IMG/VR virus record: IMGVR_UViG_3300017917_002762
Location: 1 to 64,000 of that record
DNA length: 64,000 nt
Direction: 5' to 3' (one strand)
Source of the DNA: a virus
Shown here piece after piece: positions 8,420 to 16,265 of the stretch (the first letter of the stretch is position 1; the number at the start of each line of letters is the position of its first letter). The notes beneath the pieces are model-generated. The model was not told the DNA's origin. It ran no database searches and was given only the letters and a program-made list of their open reading frames with translations. The position numbers and the translations under genes are program-made.

Positions 8420-8727
8420 GAAAAGAGGATAAGCACAAGCTGATTCCTCTTTTCTTTATGTCTGAATAACAGATTTAAATATATATAATGTAAAAAACTA
8501 CTAAGATAAGTTTTTCAGATTTGATCTGAAAAACAAAACCGCTTTTCTTACAAATTAAACAAAACTGAGATAGAACTCATCGTTAAACCAAGTTACTGAA
8601 ATCTTATTAAGTAAGCAGATAATTGGTTAACACAATGAGTCTTGGTTTTTGTCTTTGCCTTTGTAGTAAGAAAAGGTCTTTGATCTTGTTGTTGATTTTG
8701 ACATTTTCTATATATCTGTTATTCAGA
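8420..8727 (+). ncRNA. Candidate structured ncRNA directly downstream of the coiled-coil gene
   Basis: Hairpin 8420-8429/8445-8454; 14-bp closing stem 8461-8474/8714-8727; inner stems 8510-8520/8524-8534, 8542-8551/8666-8675 and 8575-8580/8635-8640; two G(N)3TT hexamer tracts. Confidence 0.7.
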
Positions 8728-8786
8728 TAACTTTTATGTTTTTTGCAAATTTTTAAAACTTCATAAAATAACAAGATTTGTAACAT

Positions 8787-9017
8787 ATGATTTTTTCAAA
8801 TGATTATCATGCAGGAATTGGTGAAATGGTTAATAATAATTTAATCAATTGTTTTGATAAATTTATTCATCGGTTTGGTCAAGAATCTTTCAATAGAATT
8901 ATTTTTGAAGGAGAAGCTGCTAATGTTGCATATGCATATATTCATCCTTGTGATGAAATGCGTAAAACAAAAAGATTTGATGAAATACAAAAAGCATTTT
9001 TTAATGCTTATGTATAA
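8787..9017 (+). CDS. Hypothetical protein
   Basis: 76 aa ORF. Confidence 0.55.
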   Translation: MIFSNDYHAGIGEMVNNNLINCFDKFIHRFGQESFNRIIFEGEAANVAYAYIHPCDEMRKTKRFDEIQKAFFNAYV

Positions 9018-9062
9018 AACAATTGTAATTTATTCTAAACAATAACCTAAGTAATCCAAGAT

Positions 9063-9516
9063 AACTTGAAACACGGTGTTTTAAGTTTTAAAACCAAGAG
9101 GTAACGTACCTCATTATGCAATCCGTTTTTTTAATCTTTAACACTTACACTCATAAGATTTGACCGTTTTATGAGTAAAAAATGTAAGAAATTACCACAC
9201 ATTTAACACCGAAAGGTGTTTAGGCTAAATAAATTTTGGTCAATAATGAGATAATTCATTATTAGATTTATGATGCCTAGTGTGGTCAGTTGAGTAAAAC
9301 TGTAAAATTTACTGCTGTTTAAATCTGTTCAGCAACCACAGATTAGTTGATTGATGGTGATTATCCACTTGATATTAACGTAAAGTTTTAAGCGTAACAT
9401 ATATTCATTTTATATTAGTTGTAATAGACTTAGAAACTTTATTGTTTGGTTCGTAGAAGATATATACGAGAAACAATATTGCAAGTATTCTCTATTACAA
9501 CTATATAAATGAATAT
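9063..9516 (+). ncRNA. Candidate structured RNA region (multi-hairpin, three-way junction, 116-nt terminal hairpin)
   Basis: Stems 9149-9156/9169-9176, 9194-9200/9280-9286, AACACC-GAAA-GGTGTT 9205-9220, 9221-9225/9275-9279, 9401-9410/9507-9516 and 9416-9428/9491-9503. Confidence 0.5.
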
Positions 9517-9578
9517 TTTATTTTTTTTTTCATTCATCATATTTAAAAACTTTTTTTCACACTTTTAAACATTTTTTT

Positions 9579-10007
9579 ATGATTAGAAACATTTCAAATT
9601 TGCCTTTTCCTCTAACAGTTATTAGTGTTATAACTGCTTTAAATTCTTTTGAAGAAGAATTTTATTTAACTGGTAGTAGATTCTTTGGAACTGAAACTGC
9701 TAATTCTGATTGGGATTTTTTTGTAAGTAAATATTATTTTAATGTTATAAAGAAATTATTAAATTTAGGATTCAAAGAAATTCCTTGTGAAAAAATGGTT
9801 GACTTAAGTTATGATATCAATCAATTTTCTACAATTTTAGAATTACGAGCTGTAGATGGAGTTATTCAAATTCAAATAATAGATAATATTCATTCTAAGA
9901 ATAGAGTGCAAGAAATTATTAAGAAAGAATATCTTTTTGAATTTAATAATATGACTAAGTCAGAAAGAAAGAAATTTTGGAGTTTGCTATTAAATATAGC
10001 AAGATAA
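9579..10007 (+). CDS. Minimal Pol-beta-family nucleotidyltransferase
   Basis: YLTGSRFFG...SDWDFFV (GS and DxD signature). Confidence 0.75.
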   Translation: MIRNISNLPFPLTVISVITALNSFEEEFYLTGSRFFGTETANSDWDFFVSKYYFNVIKKLLNLGFKEIPCEKMVDLSYDINQFSTILELRAVDGVIQIQIIDNIHSKNRVQEIIKKEYLFEFNNMTKSERKKFWSLLLNIAR

Positions 10008-10038
10008 TAATATTTTTAATCTTTAAAACAACAACGCG

Positions 10039-10200
10039 ATGAAAAAACAAAAATTTTCAATTAAAACACTATTGTTTAAATCAGTAGCAGATTTTAAATC
10101 TTGGTTTTGTTACATAACTAAGAAATTTACTGACATGAAAATCATATTTACAAAAAATGTAAATAGAAAATTTCTTTATAAAGTTAAATATAGTATTTAA
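10039..10200 (+). CDS. Small hypothetical protein (53 aa)
   Basis: Hand-read ORF MKKQKFSIK... Confidence 0.4.
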   Translation: MKKQKFSIKTLLFKSVADFKSWFCYITKKFTDMKIIFTKNVNRKFLYKVKYSI

Positions 10201-10207
10201 CTTTGTT

Positions 10208-10246
10208 ACGTAGTTTGTAATAATACATTACAAACTACGTTTTTTT
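10208..10246 (+). terminator. Intrinsic terminator
   Basis: 14-bp stem acgtagtttgtaat/attacaaactacgt followed by a T-run. Confidence 0.75.
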
Positions 10247-10266
10247 CTTATTTAATAATTGTAAAC

Positions 10267-10860
10267 ATGAAACAATACACAAAATTACCAGTACCAAAGG
10301 ATTCTATTTTTGACAGAAAATGGTTTAACTTATACAAAAAAACTATTAACTACAAAATAAGATTGTTTTTTAATGGTGTGAGTAATGTAATTAGATGGAT
10401 ACCCACTATTTATCAAGATGCAGATTGGGATGATTATTATATCTTAAATATATTACAAAAAAAGATAGAAAATCAAAGAAAGTATTTGGTAAATGCTAAT
10501 AGACATACTAAGATAAATGAGGATAATTACTGGATGACAGTTGCTTTAAACTTAATTGAAAGAACCAAATACGAACATTACTCAGTAGAATATTTAGATT
10601 ATGCTGAATTTGATAGTAAGTTTGTTCCTTCTAAAACACGTGAAGGTTGTTTTGAATGGAAACAAGTAGAAATTTCAGAAAATTGGGATGATTACTTATC
10701 AAAATATAAATCAACCGTTAGAAAAATATTAAAAAAACAACCCGAATTAATAAATAATAAACATGATTTATCACATAGAGTTGCTTCTGAAGTGCAATTT
10801 AAATGTAATAATTTAATGTGGGAAGTTTTAAAAAGAAAATTATCACATTGGTGGGATTAA
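10267..10860 (+). CDS. Conserved hypothetical phage protein
   Basis: 197 aa, Trp/Tyr-rich, ends in HWWD. Confidence 0.8.
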   Translation: MKQYTKLPVPKDSIFDRKWFNLYKKTINYKIRLFFNGVSNVIRWIPTIYQDADWDDYYILNILQKKIENQRKYLVNANRHTKINEDNYWMTVALNLIERTKYEHYSVEYLDYAEFDSKFVPSKTREGCFEWKQVEISENWDDYLSKYKSTVRKILKKQPELINNKHDLSHRVASEVQFKCNNLMWEVLKRKLSHWWD

Positions 10861-10880
10861 TAAATCAAAAGGTTTTAGTA

Positions 10881-10956
10881 GTGTTGTTCCCTTGAGAAAG
10901 GAATATTAGTTAAGAGGATGATAAGATTCCTACAACACAGGGGATTTCTCATCCTC
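10881..10956 (+). ncRNA. Small pseudoknotted RNA element upstream of the tRNA-like genes
   Basis: Crossing stems 10881-10887/10932-10938 and 10914-10921/10949-10956, plus CCTT-GAGA-AAGG GNRA hairpin at 10890-10901. Confidence 0.5.
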
Positions 10957-10961
10957 AAATT

Positions 10962-11048
10962 GGAGCACAGAATAGAAAACGTGGCAGGGTTACCTATAAT
11001 TAGGATTTAGTTGCCTAAGCCTTCTTGGTTCGACTCCAAGGTGCTCCA
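10962..11048 (+). tRNA. Atypical tRNA-like RNA (acceptor and T arm intact; D and anticodon arms non-canonical)
   Basis: GGAGCAC/GTGCTCC-A acceptor and CTTGG-TTCGACT-CCAAG T arm; no anticodon can be assigned. Confidence 0.5.
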
Positions 11049-11053
11049 CATAT

Positions 11054-11168
11054 AGTCAGGTAGCGGAATGGTAGACGCAGATATAATTCTTCGTGAAAAT
11101 CAATGGTATGGTGAGAGTCCATGTAAAATCCTAGATACCCATTACAGGTTCGATTCCTGTTCTTGACT
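11054..11168 (+). tRNA. tRNA-Leu-like shell with an enlarged (~65 nt) anticodon/variable region
   Basis: AGTCAGG...CTTGACT acceptor, TAGCGGAATGGTAGACGC D arm and ACAGG-TTCGATT-CCTGT T arm. Confidence 0.55.
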
Positions 11169-11180
11169 GGACAAGATATG

Positions 11181-11212
11181 TGTAGGAGGTAGAAATATCT
11201 CCTACATTTCTT
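11181..11212 (+). terminator. Probable terminator after the tRNA-like genes
   Basis: tgtaggag/ctcctaca stem followed by a T-rich tail. Confidence 0.55.
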
Positions 11213-11233
11213 GTTTTAATTAACAAAAGTTCG

Positions 11234-11241
11234 TATATTTG
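11234..11241 (+). promoter_or_regulatory. Bacteroidota-type -7 promoter box for the HNH gene
   Basis: TATATTTG 22 nt upstream of the ATG at 11263. Confidence 0.55.
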
Positions 11242-11262
11242 TGACTACGAAAATATAAATAT

Positions 11263-11676
11263 ATGCAAAGATTTTTTGATAAAGTAAACAAAACTAATAC
11301 TTGTTGGTTATGGACAGCAGGATTAAGAGGTAAAACAGGATATGGTGCATTTAAATTTAATGGTAAAGTTATAGATGCTCATAGAGTATCTTATGAATTA
11401 CACAATGGAGTTATTCCTGATGGAATGTATGTATGTCACACCTGTGATAATAGAAAATGCGTAAATCCCAATCATCTATTTTTAGGTTCTCCTAAAGATA
11501 ATTGGCAAGACGGATTTGATAAAGAAAGAATTAAACCATTAGGAGGAATAGATATAGAGAAATTAAAAAAACATCCAAGTAGAGGTGCATACCTTAGAGG
11601 ATGTAGATGTGAAGAATGTAAAGCTATTAATAATATGATGGTTAAAAGATATAGAGAAGGATTAAAAAATAAATAG
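11263..11676 (+). CDS. Free-standing HNH (homing-type) endonuclease
   Basis: CWLWTA...GYG...AHRVSY...VCHTCDNRKCVNPNHL, with a C-terminal GCRCEEC. Confidence 0.9.
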   Translation: MQRFFDKVNKTNTCWLWTAGLRGKTGYGAFKFNGKVIDAHRVSYELHNGVIPDGMYVCHTCDNRKCVNPNHLFLGSPKDNWQDGFDKERIKPLGGIDIEKLKKHPSRGAYLRGCRCEECKAINNMMVKRYREGLKNK

Positions 11677-11705
11677 TCCTGTCCTGACTGCAAAAAAATA
11701 TAATT

Positions 11706-11906
11706 ATGGTAATAGTAAAATTAAAAAATTGTATTCATCAAAATAGGAAGAATCAAAATACTACATTTTGGTTTTCTAAGAAAAAATATGGTTTTAATAA
11801 AGAATATGTTGTGACATCTGATTGGGTTCTAAATAATTTGGAATTGTTAACCGCTGATATTAAACGTCAAAAGGATACAAAAATTGAAATAGAGTTCCTG
11901 TCCTAA
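11706..11906 (+). CDS. Hypothetical protein
   Basis: 66 aa ORF bracketed by copies of the tRNA-like 3-prime end. Confidence 0.55.
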   Translation: MVIVKLKNCIHQNRKNQNTTFWFSKKKYGFNKEYVVTSDWVLNNLELLTADIKRQKDTKIEIEFLS

Positions 11907-11927
11907 CTACTATAAAATTTAAAAAGT

Positions 11928-12206
11928 ATGGAAAAAAAAGAAAAACTTGAATATTGGTTTTGTGAAATTGGACCAATAGATAGAAGTAAAGTTCTTAGTG
12001 GTGGAGATTATCCATTAAGAATGGCAATTCAAAATAAATTTATCGAAATTTTTGGTAAGCAAGCTGAAAGTTGTTCCAGTGGTTGGGGACTAACTAAAGA
12101 AATGAAAACAAGATTAGATATTATTTCTTTTCTACCTACAATAGACCCAAGTGGCGAGATATTAAAACAAATTGATGAAATATTATCAAAAAGACCAATG
12201 TATTAA
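11928..12206 (+). CDS. Hypothetical protein
   Basis: 92 aa ORF. Confidence 0.7.
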   Translation: MEKKEKLEYWFCEIGPIDRSKVLSGGDYPLRMAIQNKFIEIFGKQAESCSSGWGLTKEMKTRLDIISFLPTIDPSGEILKQIDEILSKRPMY

Positions 12207-12213
12207 ATAAAAT

Positions 12214-12235
12214 GGGCAAGTAGCGGAATTGGTAG
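12214..12235 (+). pseudogene. 5-prime fragment of a tRNA-like gene
   Basis: gggcaagTAGCGGAATTGGTAG matches the D-arm start of 11054; no T arm or acceptor partner follows. Confidence 0.45.
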
Positions 12236-12312
12236 TGATGGTCATATAATGACAACTGTTAATCTTAAAAAAATATAAATTACTTATTATTTATTAAAAA
12301 ATTAATAAAAAA

Positions 12313-13440
12313 ATGGAAAATTTAAATAGCTGCTGCTATGTAGCAAAGATCAAAGAAATTGAATCAATTCCTGGTGCAGATAATATTGAACAAGTACTTA
12401 TTGGAGGATGGAATTGTATTACCAAAAAAGGTGAATATAATATAAATGACCTAGTAGTAATAGCAACCACAGATGCTATCATTCCTCAAAAATTATCAGA
12501 TGGATTAGGTATTACTAATTACTTACGTAAAGGTCAACGTGTAAGAACAGTAAAACTTCGTGGAGTTTATAGCGAGTGTTTAATTATTCCAATCACCTTT
12601 ATACCTGTAAAATACAGAACAGAAGGTACAGATTGTATGGAATTATTAGAAATCTTTAAGTATGAACCACCAGTTAAACAAGTACAATTATCATCAGGTA
12701 AAAAAATTAGATATCAATCTAATCCAGCTTTCCATGTTTATTATAAGTTTCCTAACTTAAAAAATGTACCTGGAATGTTTACTGAAACTGATTTAGTACA
12801 AATAACAAGAAAAATACATGGTACTAATGCTAGATATGGTATAATTAAAAAAATTAAATTATCATTTTGGGATAGAATTAAAAAGTTTTTAAGACTAGCA
12901 GATGAATGGATTGATTATGAATTTGTTGTGGGTAGTCATAATGTAGAGAAAGGTTCTGATTCTCAAGGCTTTTATGATACAAATGTTTGGTATGAAATTG
13001 CTGATAAATACAACATCAAAAAGAAATTATGGGATTATATTAAAGTAAGAAGTTCTATTGATCCTCTAGAAACTGGTGTTATTATTTATGGTGAAATATA
13101 TGGTGCTGGTATTCAAAAGAATTATAATTATGGTTTAAATGATCTTGAATTTGTTATGTTTGATATGACATGGAATAATCATTATGATTCTACAATGGTA
13201 ACAGAATATGCAGCTAATAATATTATAAAACTACCTCATGTACCTGTACTATATGAAGGACATTGGTCACAAAGTATTCAAGATACATTCGTATTTAATA
13301 ATTATATAGAAAACAGTAAAGTGCCTCATGAAGGTATTGTAATTAAACATATATCAGGTGAAAGAAACAAAGTGGCAAAAATTATTAATCCAGAATATTT
13401 AACATATGGTGAAAAACATGATATTGGTGATAATCACTAG
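12313..13440 (+). CDS. RNA ligase (Rnl2-like/DRB0094-type, with an N-terminal OB-like domain)
   Basis: Motif I TRKIHGTN, GEIYG, FVMFD, EGIVIK and AKIIN. Confidence 0.85.
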   Translation: MENLNSCCYVAKIKEIESIPGADNIEQVLIGGWNCITKKGEYNINDLVVIATTDAIIPQKLSDGLGITNYLRKGQRVRTVKLRGVYSECLIIPITFIPVKYRTEGTDCMELLEIFKYEPPVKQVQLSSGKKIRYQSNPAFHVYYKFPNLKNVPGMFTETDLVQITRKIHGTNARYGIIKKIKLSFWDRIKKFLRLADEWIDYEFVVGSHNVEKGSDSQGFYDTNVWYEIADKYNIKKKLWDYIKVRSSIDPLETGVIIYGEIYGAGIQKNYNYGLNDLEFVMFDMTWNNHYDSTMVTEYAANNIIKLPHVPVLYEGHWSQSIQDTFVFNNYIENSKVPHEGIVIKHISGERNKVAKIINPEYLTYGEKHDIGDNH

Positions 13441-13467
13441 TTAAAAAAATAAATCTAGTTAAAAATT

Positions 13468-14205
13468 ATGAATAAAATAATAATAATAGGAGATATTCAC
13501 GGAAGAGATATTTGGAAACAAATTATCAATATAGAAAATGATTGGGACAAAGTAATATTTATTGGTGATTATTTAGATTCATACGATATTCCAGGAATGA
13601 AACAATTAGAAAATTTAATGGATATTATTGAGTTTAAAAAGCAAAACTTAGATAAAGTTGTATTATTATTAGGTAATCATGATCATCAATACCAAAAGTT
13701 TTCACAAAATGAAATTTATAGTGGTTATCAAGCAGGAATAGCTTCTCAATTTCAATTTAAATTAGATGAATATAAACATTTATTTAAAATAGCACATCAA
13801 GAAGGTCAATATTTATTTTCTCATGCTGGTATAAGTGAAGAATGGTGTAATGATTCATTTGAAAATTGGAATATAGAAAATATTGTTAAAAGAGTAAATG
13901 AACTTTATCATTATCAACCATTTCATTTTAATATACAACCAGGTGAATCTCATTGTGGTCAAGAAACATATCAAGGACCACTATGGATTAGACCTAAGAG
14001 TTTAATGGCTGCTAATAAAAAAAGTGAATTAAAAAAAAGATTTATTCAAATAGTAGGACATACAAGTTATAAAACCATTGATATGGGTAAAGCAACAGGC
14101 GGTAGATATTATTTTATTGATACTTTAGAAAACGATAGAGGTGAATATTTAATTATTGAAAATAATACACCAAAAAAAGCATTTATAAAAAACAATTTAA
14201 ATTAA
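13468..14205 (+). CDS. Calcineurin-like metallophosphoesterase
   Basis: GDIHG, GDYLD, GNHD, HAG and GHT motifs. Confidence 0.9.
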   Translation: MNKIIIIGDIHGRDIWKQIINIENDWDKVIFIGDYLDSYDIPGMKQLENLMDIIEFKKQNLDKVVLLLGNHDHQYQKFSQNEIYSGYQAGIASQFQFKLDEYKHLFKIAHQEGQYLFSHAGISEEWCNDSFENWNIENIVKRVNELYHYQPFHFNIQPGESHCGQETYQGPLWIRPKSLMAANKKSELKKRFIQIVGHTSYKTIDMGKATGGRYYFIDTLENDRGEYLIIENNTPKKAFIKNNLN

Positions 14206-14212
14206 AAAAAAT

Positions 14213-14428
14213 ATGAAAAACATAGTAGAAAATAATGTTAAAAAATCATTACAAGAATCAAGACCTTATATTACTTCTTTAGAAATAGAAGCTGTAAAAA
14301 AAATAGGTGTCGATGAAAATACATTGTTAAATGAATATCTAAAAGGTAATATTTTAGATATAAAAACTGCTTTAGATATATTAAACATAATTAGAGAACA
14401 AATTAAATTAAGAGAATCTAAATTATAA
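14213..14428 (+). CDS. Hypothetical protein
   Basis: 71 aa ORF. Confidence 0.6.
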   Translation: MKNIVENNVKKSLQESRPYITSLEIEAVKKIGVDENTLLNEYLKGNILDIKTALDILNIIREQIKLRESKL

Positions 14429-14440
14429 AAATTTAAAATC

Positions 14441-14626
14441 ATGAAAGAAACATTAAAAGAAAGACTTAAAAATAAGATAGATGATTTTAAAAAAGCTAAA
14501 CAAGAATCTATTTTAGCTGCTGAACGATTTTCAAAACACAAAGAATATTCAGAAGCGGCTTTGTGCCAAGCAGTAGAAGAAACATTAACAGCAATAATCA
14601 ATAAATTAGAAGAATTATTAAAATAG
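14441..14626 (+). CDS. Hypothetical helical protein
   Basis: 61 aa ORF. Confidence 0.6.
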   Translation: MKETLKERLKNKIDDFKKAKQESILAAERFSKHKEYSEAALCQAVEETLTAIINKLEELLK

Positions 14627-14641
14627 CTAAAATTTAAAATT

Positions 14642-14860
14642 ATGAATAAATATGTAATTCTTTATTTTAAAGAAATAACTGATCAATTTGTTTCTCAGAT
14701 GATAATTGAATCAGATTGTATGTTAAATGCAGTAGAAACATTTAAAAATACAATAAGTATAAATCCTGTAGTTTGTTACGATCAAAATTTACCATTAATT
14801 TATATTTCCAATCCTATTCCTTATAATCTTCAAAAAGATATAATTTTAGATAAAATATAA
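14642..14860 (+). CDS. Hypothetical protein
   Basis: 72 aa ORF. Confidence 0.55.
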   Translation: MNKYVILYFKEITDQFVSQMIIESDCMLNAVETFKNTISINPVVCYDQNLPLIYISNPIPYNLQKDIILDKI

Positions 14861-14966
14861 TTAAAATTAACTAACATGGACAAAGTAACACGCTTTTTTC
14901 TTCGCATCCTTATAATTGGATTGCCGCCTTTTATTATTTATCACTTATTTTTTATATAAAATTATT

Positions 14967-15114
14967 GGTCAGGTGGCGAAATTGGTAAACGCTGTGAGAG
15001 TATGTGTATGGCTCTGTTAGGTTCGTGTATCGATATTAACGGGAATTAGTAGATGATTTCAAAGGTAAAAGCACATACAAAATCTACATACAAGTTCGAA
15101 TCTTGTCTTGACCA
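14967..15114 (+). tRNA. tRNA-Leu-like shell with a ~97-nt insert in place of the anticodon arm
   Basis: GGTCAGG/CTTGACC-A acceptor, TGGCGAAATTGGTAAACGC D arm, ACAAG-TTCGAAT-CTTGT T arm; insert closed by 15000-15006/15072-15078. Confidence 0.55.
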
Positions 15115-15145
15115 TTTATTTTTTAACTAAAAAAACAAACAACCA

Positions 15146-15538
15146 ATGGAAAAAATTCAATTCTATTACGAGTATTTTAAACAACATCCTGAAACTAAAC
15201 TAGAAACTAGGGATGGGGATGAAGTTAGGTTTATTGGCGAGGCTTCTATATGTGAAGAAGAAGATAGTAAACTTATTTTTGAGACAAAACATGAAATATT
15301 AAGAACATTTGTTAATGGCACATACGTTAGAATTGGAGAATCAGATGAAGATATATTCATGTTATTAAAATTTAAAGAAACGGTAGTATATGCTAATGTG
15401 ACAGATAATGGTGTATTTTTTGTTTATAGTAGCTTAAAAGCTGCTATTTATAATTGCTCTATTAATGCTAAATCAGTAGCTAAACTTACCATTGTTGATG
15501 GTGAGATTGTTAAAACAGAAACCGTACATAAATACTAA
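15146..15538 (+). CDS. Hypothetical protein
   Basis: 130 aa ORF. Confidence 0.7.
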   Translation: MEKIQFYYEYFKQHPETKLETRDGDEVRFIGEASICEEEDSKLIFETKHEILRTFVNGTYVRIGESDEDIFMLLKFKETVVYANVTDNGVFFVYSSLKAAIYNCSINAKSVAKLTIVDGEIVKTETVHKY

Positions 15539-15696
15539 GCCATGATAACTCAAAACATTTTTATCGTTTGCTCCATTGTAGGCAGCATTATCTTCTTCTT
15601 TATGGGTTTCTTTTTTGGAAGACATGACAAAAAACTAGAGGAAGATTTTTATAGGGATTTTTACGAAGACTATATAAATAAAAACAATAATATAGA

Positions 15697-16068
15697 ATGA
15701 TTAGTCCTTATGTTTTTCAAATATTAATTAAAGAATATCGAGAAAGTTTGTATCCTAATAAAACTAAAAAAGATGTTAATTATGATTATGATATTGTTGT
15801 AAATACAGTTTGTTTACATTTTAACATTGATAAAAAATTATTAGGATCTAATACAAAAAAACCTAAAATAGTTGATGCTAAATTAATTTGCGCTTATATT
15901 TTAAAAACAAAATCTAGATATACTAGTTTAAAAACTATATCAGAAATAATGGGTGGAGGACATCATACAACAATTATTAATAGAATTAAAAAGACAGAAC
16001 GTTATCTTAAAGTAGATAAACAGTTTAAAATAAATTATGATCAGATTTTATATAAATTAAATAAATGA
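15697..16068 (+). CDS. DnaA domain IV (C-terminal HTH)-like DNA-binding protein
   Basis: VCLHFNID...KIVDAK.ICAYIL...SLKTISEIMGG.HHTTII resembles the DnaA_C pattern. Confidence 0.7.
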   Translation: MISPYVFQILIKEYRESLYPNKTKKDVNYDYDIVVNTVCLHFNIDKKLLGSNTKKPKIVDAKLICAYILKTKSRYTSLKTISEIMGGGHHTTIINRIKKTERYLKVDKQFKINYDQILYKLNK

Positions 16069-16265
16069 TTAACCAACAAAAACTACGTTTATTTTTATTA
16101 AATAATATAGATTTTATTAAAATTACTTATATAAGTAAAGATACTAAAATTAATAGGACTACACTTTCACTATTTATTAATCATAATGTTCAGTTATCTT
16201 TAAAAAATGCTGAAATTTTAAAAAATTCTTTAAAAAATATTAAAAAAAAATTTTCAAAATTATGA
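16065..16265 (+). CDS. Putative HTH protein
   Basis: ISKDTKINRTTLSLFIN HTH-like segment. Confidence 0.5.
   Translation: MINQQKLRLFLLNNIDFIKITYISKDTKINRTTLSLFINHNVQLSLKNAEILKNSLKNIKKKFSKL

Noticed and set aside
12214-12260. Functional tRNA
   Set aside because: Only the 5-prime acceptor strand and D-arm start are present; there is no T arm or 3-prime acceptor strand
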